The notes: generated by a model from the sequence alone, not told the origin. Counted from the first letter of the stretch, positions 19,015 through 28,585 are shown. The stretch: 32,000 nt of DNA from Desulfotalea psychrophila LSv54 (GCF_000025945.1 NC_006139.1:89588-121587); one strand, 5' to 3'. Numbers and translations are program-made.

Positions 19015-20010
19015 CTAGATGGAACTTGCATCATTGTCATCTGCTTCAGAACTCTCTAAAACTTCTTCCATCTTCTCCTGCAACTCCGTAATCGCCTCAG
19101 GCATTGGACTTTCGTCTATAACTGGGACGGTGGCCTCTGTGGGTGCAGCGTCAACTACCGGTGTAGCATCAGCTAGGGGCGCAGCATCAGATTGAACCTC
19201 AGCAATATGTTGTGTCGCGGTCTCTACATTTGCCATGGAGACTTGAACTAGGGCCCCTTCTGACTGGTTATAGGCGTCAACAAGATTGTTTTCGACACTA
19301 GCAAGATCGGTATGAGTCTCGGCAGCGACTTCAGTGGAGAGAGCAACAATGGCCTCGGAGACGATCTGTATTTCCAGCGCTACAACTGTTTCAGTGCTCA
19401 GAGGCAGGTGGAGGTCATTTACGATAGCCGCATACATCTGTTCGGAAACTGCCTGTACCGCAGAAACCATTGCTGTATCTTGATCTGCACCAGCCGCAGT
19501 AGCATCGTGGTAGAGAGCGGTTAAACTCTCTTTGTCCGCCACGGGTACGGCCTTGATTGCGACCTCAATTATATGCTGCGTTGCAGTTGCCACATTTCCC
19601 ATGTCGATCTGAACTACGGCACCTTCTGAATGATTATAAGCACTAACGAGAATGTTTTCGACTGCGGTAAGGTCAGTATGGTTCTCAAACGTAACCTCAG
19701 CAGCCATTGTGACAATAGCCTCGGAAACAATCTGCGTTTCTAGCGCTGTAATTGCTTCAGCGCTTAGGGGCGTGAGAGATTTGTTTGCAATGGCCTTGTA
19801 CGTCTGCTCAGAGATTGTTTGTACAGCAGAAAGCATTGCTGCCTCTTGCCCTACGCCGGCAGCAGTAGCATCATGATACACAGCAAGTAATTGTTCTTTA
19901 AGTGCTGGAGGCGGACTCTCTTCGGCTGACATCGCGGTTTCCAGAGGGAGAAGCATCATGCAAATTAAAATTGCTGCTATCTTGAACCAAGTAACATTCT
20001 TCATACACAC
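19015..20010 (-). CDS. Secreted protein of unknown function with two tandem ~113-aa units and an Ala/Pro/Thr-rich acidic C-terminus
   Basis: Signal peptide 'KIAAILICMMLLPLETAMSAE'. Two copies of 'LxALYHDATAAGxxQxxAMxSAVQxxSEQxYxAI...LPLSxExxxALExQIVSEAIV...HTDLxxVEN.LVxAYNxSEGAxVQ..M.NVxTATQHIxEV'. Confidence 0.85.
   Translation of the reverse strand: MCMKNVTWFKIAAILICMMLLPLETAMSAEESPPPALKEQLLAVYHDATAAGVGQEAAMLSAVQTISEQTYKAIANKSLTPLSAEAITALETQIVSEAIVTMAAEVTFENHTDLTAVENILVSAYNHSEGAVVQIDMGNVATATQHIIEVAIKAVPVADKESLTALYHDATAAGADQDTAMVSAVQAVSEQMYAAIVNDLHLPLSTETVVALEIQIVSEAIVALSTEVAAETHTDLASVENNLVDAYNQSEGALVQVSMANVETATQHIAEVQSDAAPLADATPVVDAAPTEATVPVIDESPMPEAITELQEKMEEVLESSEADDNDASSI
19195..19899 (-). 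repeat. Internal coding tandem duplication, two units of about 339 nt with period 366 nt
   Basis: Unit 1 is residues 38-150 (about 19899..19561); unit 2 is residues 160-272 (about 19533..19195). Aligned directly from the translated ORF. Confidence 0.85.
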
Positions 20011-20043
20011 TCCACATTACGTAAAATAATTACGACGAGTAAA

Positions 20044-20754
20044 TTATTTGCCAATTAAATCAAAACTACTAGCAGCCATCTCTTCAGCAAAAGATGAACC
20101 TAAAATTGAAGCAATGCGCTTATACCCTTTGTGCAAAAGAGGCTTTCTCTGCGTGGCATCATGGGCATCTGACGCGATATAGGAGACACTTTTGCTTGTA
20201 AGGAGATCTAAAACAAAACTTTGTTTCATAAAACTCTCAAAGCGTCCCGGCAGGCTAGAAGCTGTTAACTGAAACTCCACGCCCATTCTTATAAGATTTT
20301 TTACAAAAGTGGGGTTCTGCTCAAGCACCATATTTCTTTCTGGATGAGCAATAATAATATGTAAACCCGAGGAGAGTAGCTGGCATAAAGTATTCCAAAT
20401 CCACTCTTCAACAAATTGTTCCGGGAGTTCAATTAATAAACTTTTGCCTAAACCTCCCAGGGTGAGCAGTTGCTTTTGCGCAAGCAGATCCAGTATCTCT
20501 GGAACCAAACGTATCTCAGCCCCAGGGTATACCCGCAGAGGGATGCCAGCATTAACAAGCTCTAAGCTAAATTGGGCAGAGCACTTTAAAATATCCACCG
20601 CTCTACAGTCATGCACACCATCCAAACAGTGGGGGGTTGCTATCATGTGAGTAATACCATCTCGAACTGCTATACGAGCCATTTTCAAAGCAATTTTGAC
20701 ATCTTGAGGCCCATCATCCAAACATGGCAATATATGAGAGTGTAGATCAAGCAA
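20044..20754 (-). CDS. CpsB/YwqE-type manganese-dependent tyrosine-protein phosphatase (PHP domain)
   Basis: 'MLDLHSHILPCLDDGPQDVKIALKMARIAVRDGITHMIATPHCLDG', 'PGAEIRLVPEILD', 'IIAHPERN', 'VSYIASDAHDATQRKP'. Confidence 0.94.
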   Translation of the reverse strand: MLDLHSHILPCLDDGPQDVKIALKMARIAVRDGITHMIATPHCLDGVHDCRAVDILKCSAQFSLELVNAGIPLRVYPGAEIRLVPEILDLLAQKQLLTLGGLGKSLLIELPEQFVEEWIWNTLCQLLSSGLHIIIAHPERNMVLEQNPTFVKNLIRMGVEFQLTASSLPGRFESFMKQSFVLDLLTSKSVSYIASDAHDATQRKPLLHKGYKRIASILGSSFAEEMAASSFDLIGK

Positions 20755-20981
20755 ACGCTACCTCGTTCAAAGTCACAAGTTTACCACACAACAACCTAAC
20801 AGACATGAAAAAATCTATTTTCATGCGTTTTCCTATTAAAAAAGAGCGACATCCCCTAACCAAATGAAGCTTAAGAAAAGTGTTACCATGAACAACAACA
20901 ACAAAACAACACATTTTTTCAAAAAAAATACAGAACAAAAAAAACATAAGACCAACAAATTCAAATAAAAAAAAGATCCCC

Positions 20982-21008
20982 TATCACAAGGTGATACCTG
21001 GCTACCAG
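20982..21008 (-). promoter_or_regulatory. Pair of small adjacent hairpins in the 5' leader of the EPS operon, containing CTGGTAGC
   Basis: + strand TATCAC-AAG-GTGATA (20982..20996) followed by CTGG-CTA-CCAG (20998..21008). In the transcribed strand this reads TTCTGGTAGCCAGGTATCACCTTGTGATAGGGG and shares GGTAGC with JUMPstart/ops elements. Confidence 0.4.
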
Positions 21009-21129
21009 AACGCCACGAAGAGAATCTCCACATAACTTTTGTAATGCTAACACAATAGCAGTTGGAATCTCTGACCAGCAAAAAAGTTAAAAAAATGTGA
21101 CGAGCGATAAGTACAAAATTTTGTACTCT

Positions 21130-21147
21130 TTTTTATTTTACTTCTTT
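21130..21147. promoter_or_regulatory. Perfect 18-bp palindrome in the divergent intergenic region
   Basis: AGTACAAAATTTTGTACT, seen directly. It lies between the leftward EPS operon and the rightward glycosylphosphotransferase gene. Confidence 0.5.
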
Positions 21148-21442
21148 TTCCTAACGTGATAGCCACAAGAGAGAGAGGTGTGTTTTAGCTAAAAACGCCC
21201 ACTTAGAGCGCTAAGGAGCAGCATCCGAAGCTAATGATTTAATATTATTAAATATTATCTCACGAGAACACCTGAACGTAGCAATATCAAGTAACGAAAC
21301 ATACAAAAAGGGGAAGAGGGAGGTCAGAACAGGAGCATTTTTTATGAGAGGCATAGGGGCACAGCTACCCCCAAATGCCCCTCCACAAAAAAAGCAACTC
21401 AAGATAAATCGAGACAACTAAACCAAGAGAACCGATAGGAAA

Positions 21443-22885
21443 ATGATTGATCAAAAAAAGAAGTCACTGACAAACATAATGAAATTATTGGATATTGTAA
21501 TAGTTGTCACAAGTTTTATCTCAGCATACTACCTAAAAAAATATGCTCACGCCGATTCGATCCCCCATCTCTCAACCATACCGAATTACTATCTTATATT
21601 AACCTATGCCATTATATCGTGGTATATCGGCTTGAGCCTCACTGGTCTCTATGAGACCCCTCTTGCCAAAGGCAATTGCAGAAAACTTTTCCTGGAAATT
21701 ATTAAAAGTTGCACACTGGCAATTGTCTTACTCAGCTTTGTCTTCTACATTTTCAAAATAACAGATGTAAGTAGAATTTTTATAGCTCTTTTCTTCCTCG
21801 TGGCCACGGTAAGCCTTATCTGCGAAAGACTCTTTTTTTACTTTTTTCGACACTCCACACCACTAAGGAGACATCTCTCCACAAAAATTGTAATTATCGG
21901 TATCCCGGAACAAACGCTATCCATAATTTCAACTATCAAAAAAAATCTTGACAGCTCCCAACAAATCCTCGGATATTTTCAGGTGGAAAAAACAGTTCCA
22001 AATAAAATCAGGGAAAAACATACTATCCTGGGAACCTTGGACGACCTGGATGAGTACCTCCTAAACACCGCGGTTGACGAGCTTTTTTTCGCCCTTCCTC
22101 TGCATAAAGTCCCCAACTGCGAGAAACACATTATTTTTGCCGAGACATTGGGTATAACAGTACGAATAACACCAGACTGGGAACTCCGTTATCTAGCTCA
22201 CACCCCGCAACTACCCCAGCTAGAACTTGGCCTATTCAACAGGCTACCGGTAATAACTTTCCGCAGCAACCCGTTAGGCAAATCTAAATTTCTTATCAAA
22301 ACATTTCTTGATTACAGCTTAGGACTTCTCATTACCCTCGCCCTGCTTCCCCTATTTTTCATGATCGGATTTTGCATCAAGATCTTCTCACGGGGCCCCG
22401 TATTCTACTCCCAAGAGAGAGTTGGACTAAACGGAAGGCTCTTCAACGTTCACAAATTCCGAACCATGGTGCAAAATGCCGACAGTCAACTTGAAAAGCT
22501 CAAAACACTTAATGAGGCTGACGGCCCCGCCTTCAAAATCAAGAAAGATCCTCGGATTGTCCCATACATTGGCTCACTCCTTCGTAAAACTAGCCTCGAT
22601 GAGCTCCCCCAGCTCTTCAATGTCTTGAAAGGCGAAATGAGCCTTGTTGGACCACGCCCACCACTCCCTGCAGAGGTTAGCCAGTACCAACTTTGGCAGC
22701 GAAGACGGCTCTCTATGAAACCGGGAATGACCTGTTCTTGGCAGATTTGTCCCAAACGAAACGACCTCCCCTTCGAGGAATGGATGAAGCTGGACCTGAA
22801 GTATATTGACAACTGGTCACTACTCACCGATATCAACATCCTCCTCTTAACCACAAAAGTGATCATTGCCGGACATGGACGATAA
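21443..22885 (+). CDS. Undecaprenyl-phosphate sugar phosphotransferase (exopolysaccharide polyprenyl glycosylphosphotransferase, WbaP/WcaJ-like)
   Basis: 480 aa; N-terminal TM bundle, then 'KFLIKTFLDYSLGLLITLALLPLFFMIGFCIKIFSRGPVFYSQERVGLNGRLFNVHKFRTM', 'KDPRIVPYIGSLLRKTSLDELPQLFNVLKGEMSLVGPRPPLPAEV', 'GMTCSWQICPKRNDLPFEEWMKLDLKYIDNWSL'. Confidence 0.95.
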   Translation: MIDQKKKSLTNIMKLLDIVIVVTSFISAYYLKKYAHADSIPHLSTIPNYYLILTYAIISWYIGLSLTGLYETPLAKGNCRKLFLEIIKSCTLAIVLLSFVFYIFKITDVSRIFIALFFLVATVSLICERLFFYFFRHSTPLRRHLSTKIVIIGIPEQTLSIISTIKKNLDSSQQILGYFQVEKTVPNKIREKHTILGTLDDLDEYLLNTAVDELFFALPLHKVPNCEKHIIFAETLGITVRITPDWELRYLAHTPQLPQLELGLFNRLPVITFRSNPLGKSKFLIKTFLDYSLGLLITLALLPLFFMIGFCIKIFSRGPVFYSQERVGLNGRLFNVHKFRTMVQNADSQLEKLKTLNEADGPAFKIKKDPRIVPYIGSLLRKTSLDELPQLFNVLKGEMSLVGPRPPLPAEVSQYQLWQRRRLSMKPGMTCSWQICPKRNDLPFEEWMKLDLKYIDNWSLLTDINILLLTTKVIIAGHGR

Positions 22886-23605
22886 ATTTACCTTGCTGCA
22901 GCCCTGTCACCCAGCAGCCAACAATCCATGATCAATTAACCTCCTCAACGTCTCTCTTCAGGGCAACACAACCAATAAACTTACCCACCATCTCTGAGAC
23001 GGAAGTTTTTTTTGCAAACAACAATCTCTGAAAAAGCAACAACACCTTACCTTCGAGGTCATTGACGACAACGCCTACGTATCAGTTGTGTGGGGAGAGG
23101 ATAAGTGTTCTGGTACGCCAATATCTTTGTCTATTACTACATCATGGCTGCAACTCACCTATCTCAATACGTCTGCCGGATCGCTCTGACATGCCAGATC
23201 GGGCAGATATGCTATCACCTGGGTTTTGCCTGCTCTTCATTCTTTTATGTATAACTTTCCCTGTTCTGAATTGATGGATTTACCCGACACCAAAAACCTC
23301 CTTGTTAGAAGTTGCTTTTGGATTGGATTGTACCAAGAATGAACCGAATAAGTTAGTTGTCACACAATAGGGGCTCTCTCTCGATACTGGTAAATTATCA
23401 TGGTAAGCTTGCATGCTTTTGCACGAGTAAAGCTAAACAGAAACTTTCTGCTTTATCCTACACGAGAGCCTTTTCAAGGCACCTCCGCCACTCTTCATAA
23501 ACCGCACAATTTCATTTGCTAGTAACTAGCCGTTTTTTCGTATATATTCTTTATAATTTAAACCAATTCGTCATTGACATCTAAGAAGGGTTGGGATAGC
23601 ATCAA

Positions 23606-23670
23606 TGTAAACAAAATGTTTACATGTTTACAGTTGTATACGCCCGAAAACACTGGGGTTGATGTTTACA
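23606..23670 (+). promoter_or_regulatory. Iterated TGTTTACA operator-like boxes upstream of a small ORF
   Basis: TGTAAAC-AAAAT-GTTTACA (23606..23624), immediately followed by TGTTTACA (23625..23632) and another TGTTTACA (23663..23670) just ahead of a GGAG RBS. Confidence 0.55.
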
Positions 23671-23688
23671 CTAAAAAGGAGATTGAAA

Positions 23689-23790
23689 GTGACAACACCA
23701 CTTAGCATGAGAGTTAGCGAAGAAGTGAAAGAATCTTTTGGACTTTTAAAGACGGACTTTGAACCTCAATTGGACGAAAAGGTACTATAA
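23689..23790 (+). pseudogene. 5' fragment of a small ribbon-helix-helix-like (antitoxin-type?) ORF interrupted by the Tn3-family transposon
   Basis: GTG start after AAAAAGGAG: (M)TTPLSMRVSEEVKESFGLLKT, after which the reading enters the transposon inverted repeat at 23754. The same frame resumes right of the transposon as 'K-T-L-C-Q-E-A-T-S-A-S-E-G-F'. Confidence 0.5.
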
Positions 23791-23791
23791 G
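23754..23791 (+). repeat. Left terminal inverted repeat of the Tn3-family element
   Basis: 38 nt, matches the reverse complement of 31416..31453. Confidence 0.85.
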
Positions 23792-23844
23792 CCCACTACA
23801 TCTTTCCCCAAAGGATTGATGTCGTCCTTTGCCAACTGAAAGTT

Positions 23845-26800
23845 TCAAACATTACCGAATTCCAAATCCAGTTGATTTAGCGGCCTGTGTTCACCAGCCA
23901 GAATAATATCGGCCAATTTGAATGAATAGCGACCCAGAACATTAATATGCTCATAACGTAATGGTGACAGGGTTGAGATGTCGTCGTCCAGTATAGTCAT
24001 TCCACTTTGCCTCAGGTGATGTATTGCGTCTTGCATATAAATTGTATTCCAAAGCACAACAGCATTGGTAATGAGGCCAAGAGCACCAAGTTGATCCTCC
24101 TGCCCCTCACGGTAATGTTTACGAATTTCACCTCTACGACCATGGCAAATCACTCGTGCAAGATCATGTCGTTTTTCAGTCCGATTAAGTTGTGTGAGTA
24201 TCCGCCTCCTGTAGCCTTCATCGCTTACGAAATTTAGTAAGTAAATAGTCTTGTTGATACGGCCCACCTCCATTATTGCCAGAGTCAGGCTGGTCGGTCG
24301 TTCACTTTTGAGCAAGGATCGTATAAGCTCTGACGCTTGAATCGTGCCGAGCTTCAATGAACCGGTAACGCGTAGCATATCATCCCAGTGATGCACTATA
24401 CGTTCTGTATTCAAATAGTTGCTTGCCAATTCATCAAGAGGACCGTAATGGGCATCTCGATCTACACGCCAAAATTTGGCATCTCCAGCATCAGCGAGAC
24501 GCGGCGAGAATTGATATAACCAAGCAGCCAAAATAGACCGAACACCAAGTCACTAGCACCGCTGGTGTCTGTCATAATCTCTTTTGGGCGTAAACCAGTT
24601 TGTTGTTCCAACAAGCCCTCCAACACATAAATAGAATCACGTAACGTGCCAGGTATCACGATGCAATGAAAACCGGAAAACTGATCAGGCATAAAGTTGT
24701 ACCAGGTAATACCACGACCACCTCTTGGAAAATACTTGGGATTCGGCCCTGAGTGAATCGTTTTTACAGGCGTCACAAAGCGCAATCCATCAGCCGAGGC
24801 AACGTCACCGCCTCCCCAAAGATTGGCTAATGAGAGCGTTGACTGATGATCAACCAGACGTGCGTTGGCTCGGACAAGGGTTTCTCCACGGAGATAGTTT
24901 TGCTTCACCCAACTCAGCCTGTGGCGTGTTAGTGCCGGTACATTGGGTTGAATTAATGGGTCCATACCTATATTGCAGGCCTCGGCCAGCAACACAGCGC
25001 AAACACTGACAGGTAGATCGTCAACACGGGCCCGGGCTTCACTCACATGTTTAAATTCGTCGGCAAAACCGGTAAGTGCATTTATCTCTAAAACTATTTC
25101 TGTGAGATCGATCTTTGGCAATAGGTTGCCAACGAGTTTCCGAAGTTCAACAAGACTGGCAGGTTCCTCCTCTTTCTCCAGATTGGTGATTGTCAGGGTT
25201 GGTCGGTCCCCTGTATGGTCAACACGTACTGCATCGTTAACCTCGAAATTGGCAGCGACACTTCGGTAAGTAGTATCAAGCTGTTGAGTGAGTCTCTGTA
25301 ACCCCTCTTCACCGTCAACCGAGTGGCCCAGTGACCGACAGACTTGGACACAATGGGATTGCCATTCAGTGCTGTCGAGCATCTTTATTCGAGGGTCGCC
25401 CCAGCGGTCACTGTTATTGACATATACATCACGGCGACGCAAGCTATCCTGCAACTTGTCTAGAAAACAAAGAATATAGCCACGTGTCATCACTCGGTTT
25501 TGCTGATCAAACACCAGCCGTTGCCACGACTTACTGATGATCTCAAGAGGAGCATCATCTAAAAATTGCTTACGAGTTGGAACCAGTTCACTTAAGTAGT
25601 TGAGTGAGGCCATTGTGATTGTTCCTGCTGGCGCACAGTCAAAACAAATATTGTTCAACAATGATGCCAGAAACAGCTTAACCCGGCCGTATTGTTCCAC
25701 CATTTCTTCATGAAAATGTCCTCCAGGAGGCCTCGCAATTTCGTTGACTGTTGCAATGGACTGTTTGAGTTGGTCTTTGGGAACACAGGCATAGATTGCT
25801 TCACGCAACTGATCATTGCTCATTTCATCGTTCAACACCAGCGCACATACCTGGGCTAATGTTAACGCCGATCTATCTAGGTCCTTCAAGGTGCGCAAAC
25901 GCTTTTTCTTGCCAAGTAACACCTGGCCTTTCCCGCAATATCTGTGATAAGCAGATCGAGTACATCCAACGCATCGTCCAGAGCGATAATCTCGAACGCC
26001 TTCACAAAGGCGACCAAGATTCCAATCCTCTTTTCATCGGACATTCGAGAAATCTGCCATTGCGAAAGTATTCCTGCTTGTCGTGCTATGCTTTTAAAGC
26101 GTGCGGCCGGGATACTGGAGAAGTCGAGGTTTTGTAATCCATAAGCTCTTAAATTACTGTAGCGTTCAACAGTCTCAACAAAAGATGGTCCGCTAATATT
26201 GAAGGGTCCTTTGCGAAAACGATCAAATTGTGAATTGCGTTGATCTTGAGGAACCACTAGCAGTTCCTCAAGTGCCCTCTTCTGCTCCTGAGTGGGTAAG
26301 AAGGCCAGACGCTTCCATAGTTGATTTGACACTCGTTCACGGATTTCAATAATGAGTCTTTGCAAGATTGTTGCTCCTGGCAGGAGTACTCTGTTTTGAA
26401 TAAGCCAAGCGGTACCCATGTCAAACATTAAACTGGGACGTTCATTGTTGATCCAGGATCAACTGTAGAGAAAACGGCTGAGCCGAAAACGCCAGGGTGG
26501 TGCATTAAAAGTGTGATAACCATAATGGCTCTGAATTTCAGATCGATGAGCGAGGCGAGTGGCTCGTCGATTCATGTAGGCACTGAGATTATCAAGGTTT
26601 GAAATGGAAAGTTGAGCTGCAATGAATTGCAAAACGTTACGCGGCACCTGTGTGGGATCGGACAGAAAGGTGCCTAAAAAACGAACGGTAGTCAGCTGCA
26701 AAGCATACCCCAGGCGATTGTAATCACCATGGCAGTTTTCTACGAGCGCACGATCCGTATCATCGAGATGGAAATAGCGGGACAATTGAGCATCATCCGG

Positions 26801-26860
26801 ATCACCTTCATAGCGGCCATATTGACGACGCTTAAAAGTTGTTAGGAAATCTCTAGCCAT
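23845..26860 (-). pseudogene. tnpA: Tn3-family transposase, disrupted by at least three frame breaks
   Basis: Four consecutive fragments with Tn3 transposase similarity: 26459..26860 ('MARDFLTTFKRRQYGRYEGDPDDAQLSRYFHLDD'), 25886..26428, 24462..25922 ('HSGPNPKYFPRGGRGITWYNFMPDQFSGFHCIVIPGTLRDSIYVLEGLLEQQTGLRPKEIMTDTSGASDLVFGLFWLLGY') and 23845..24531 ('RYEHINVLGRYSFKLADIILAGEHRPL'). Confidence 0.93.
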
Positions 26861-26861
26861 G

Positions 26862-27422
26862 TTATTCCGACATGCGAAGGTACTGATACAATGTTTCGCG
26901 GCTGATCCCAAAATCACGCGCGATCTGTGTTTTCTGTTCGCCAGCTATTACTCGGGATTTTACGATGGCAATGTCAGCATCAGAGAGGGCACGTTTTCGG
27001 CCGCGATATGCACCGCGTTGTTGGGCCAGCGTAATGCCCTCCCTTTGGCGTTCACGGATCAAAGCTCGCTCGAATTCTGCAAAGGCTCCCATAACTGATA
27101 ACAAGAGATTGGCCATTGGAGAATCCTCACCTGTGAACGTCAGGTTTTCTTTAACAAACTCGATCCGAATTCCACGCTGTGTCAATTCTTGAACTAAACG
27201 GCGCAGATCGTCAAGGTTTCGAGCTAGTCGGTCCATGCTATGCACGACCACTGTATCTCCTTCACGTATAAAAGAAAGAAGTAGGTCTAGCTGGGGGCGT
27301 TGAACATCTTTACCAGATGCTTTGTCGGTGAAGACTTTATCAACGTGAACGTTTTCGAGTTGTCGCTCCGTATTCTGATCAAGGGTGCTTACCCGGATAT
27401 AGCCTATTCGATGCCCCTTCAT
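26862..27422 (-). CDS. tnpR: Serine resolvase of the Tn3-family element
   Basis: 186 aa; 'GYIRVSTLDQNTERQLENVHVDKVFTDKASGKDVQRPQL', 'DTVVVHSMDRLARNLDDLRRLV', 'MANLLLSVMGAFAEFERALIRERQREG', C-terminal HTH 'KTQIARDFGISRETLYQYL'. Confidence 0.96.
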   Translation of the reverse strand: MKGHRIGYIRVSTLDQNTERQLENVHVDKVFTDKASGKDVQRPQLDLLLSFIREGDTVVVHSMDRLARNLDDLRRLVQELTQRGIRIEFVKENLTFTGEDSPMANLLLSVMGAFAEFERALIRERQREGITLAQQRGAYRGRKRALSDADIAIVKSRVIAGEQKTQIARDFGISRETLYQYLRMSE

Positions 27423-27429
27423 GGTGCCT

Positions 27430-27575
27430 CCTGGTTAAAGTGTCAGGTTGAAGTCTATGACTCTAGGCAACATATGTCAAGAATTAAGAAAGACGACTCT
27501 ATACTGACGTATATTATGATACTACCCTGACGTCAGCATAGGGTATACTCTACTCTGACAAATGAAGGAGTAATT
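27430..27575. promoter_or_regulatory. Candidate res site upstream of tnpR
   Basis: Located immediately upstream of tnpR; carries several TGTCA/TGACG-type half sites (tgtcaggttgaag, atatgtcaagaa, ctgacgtata, cctgacgtcag, ctctgacaaat). Confidence 0.45.
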
Positions 27576-27868
27576 AGATACAATGCCTGGAATGACCTAT
27601 CATTTGTGAATTTATCGTTCATGCCGTGGTATCTGCAATCCTGCCTGACATAATTTTCTTGACCAAAACAGACAAGATGGAGCCAAAATCCTCCTCCAGT
27701 TCAAAGATTCAGGAATCCCAGCTATGCCACCTAATAACTGAGGCAAAGGTGTTCATGGATAAGCTCGAATTCCAGATTTCGCTTTCGGCGTTAGGGTTTT
27801 GGAGCCGACGATGTGTCTGAAAACAGTCGACATCTTGAGCCGGAATAATTTGATAGTCTCAAGATGTT

Positions 27869-28462
27869 TCATCTGGAAATCTTCACATCTTTGAGATTAG
27901 CTTTTCCCCCCAAGGCATCCAAATAAAAAGTGATTGGACCTCTTGCCACGTCAACTGTCAGAGATTTGTTACCATCATTACAGCGTGCCGCTAAAGCAAA
28001 CCCGTGCAAATAATCGACTAGCAAATCCATTGCATCTTTCTTGTCGGGCTCAGGTAAGTTCAGCGGAGATAGAATTTCTTCGAACCTGGAGATAAATATT
28101 TTTGCAGGACTTACATCCGACATTGCGAGCATAGTCTCAAGAAGTCCTGCATAATCTTGCAGCAATCTCAAATAGCTAACGCTTAGACATAACAATTCAT
28201 CTCGCCAAGATTTATGTCCATCAGGTTCATAAATCGACTCCATCAAATCCACAGTTACTGCCTCAAGGATCGCAGTTTTATTGGAGTAGTAGTAATAAAT
28301 AGCCATCGGATCGACATCCAGCGTAGAAGCAATTTTCCTAATACTCGGAACCTTGCCACTTTGCTCTAACAATCTTACAGCTGACTCAACTATCGCCTCT
28401 GAAGAAAGTTTCCCACCCATTTTCAAAGGTCGCCCTCTTTTTTTATTCTTGACACTCATCAT
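27869..28462 (-). CDS. TetR/AcrR-family transcriptional regulator
   Basis: From ATG 28462: 'KKRGRPLKMGGKLSSEAIVESAVRLLEQSGKVPSIRKIASTLDVDPMAIYYYYSNKTAILEAVTVDLME' is a classic TetR N-terminal HTH. The C-terminus resembles the TetR_C tetracyclin-repressor-like domain. Confidence 0.9.
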   Translation of the reverse strand: MMSVKNKKRGRPLKMGGKLSSEAIVESAVRLLEQSGKVPSIRKIASTLDVDPMAIYYYYSNKTAILEAVTVDLMESIYEPDGHKSWRDELLCLSVSYLRLLQDYAGLLETMLAMSDVSPAKIFISRFEEILSPLNLPEPDKKDAMDLLVDYLHGFALAARCNDGNKSLTVDVARGPITFYLDALGGKANLKDVKISR

Positions 28463-28489
28463 ATCTCCGGTGTATTTAACCGACACTTT

Positions 28490-28549
28490 TTCTACACTGT
28501 AGAATAATATGTACGAGCAATAATGGCAAGATTTAATTGTCATTATTGC
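28490..28549. promoter_or_regulatory. Two inverted repeats in the tetR/ribD-C divergent promoter region (candidate operators)
   Basis: TTCTACA-C-TGTAGAA (28490..28504, perfect 7-bp arms) and GCAATAATGGCA...TGTCATTATTGC (28517..28549, 11 of 12 matching arm positions). Confidence 0.55.
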
Positions 28550-28585
28550 ACAACGATAAGTAAAATGGATGATTTAGGAGTTAAC

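Noticed and set aside
20836-21081. 81-aa minus ORF in the EPS leader with a hydrophobic stretch (MLVRDSNCYCV...FLSFIWLGDVALF)
   Set aside because: Composition reflects poly-A/poly-AAC tracts read in reverse; no good RBS and no recognisable similarity. It overlaps the candidate leader hairpins.
27626-27820. 64-aa + strand ORF inside the transposon as cargo
   Set aside because: No similarity, no clear RBS, and it lies in a non-coding gap between tnpR and tetR.
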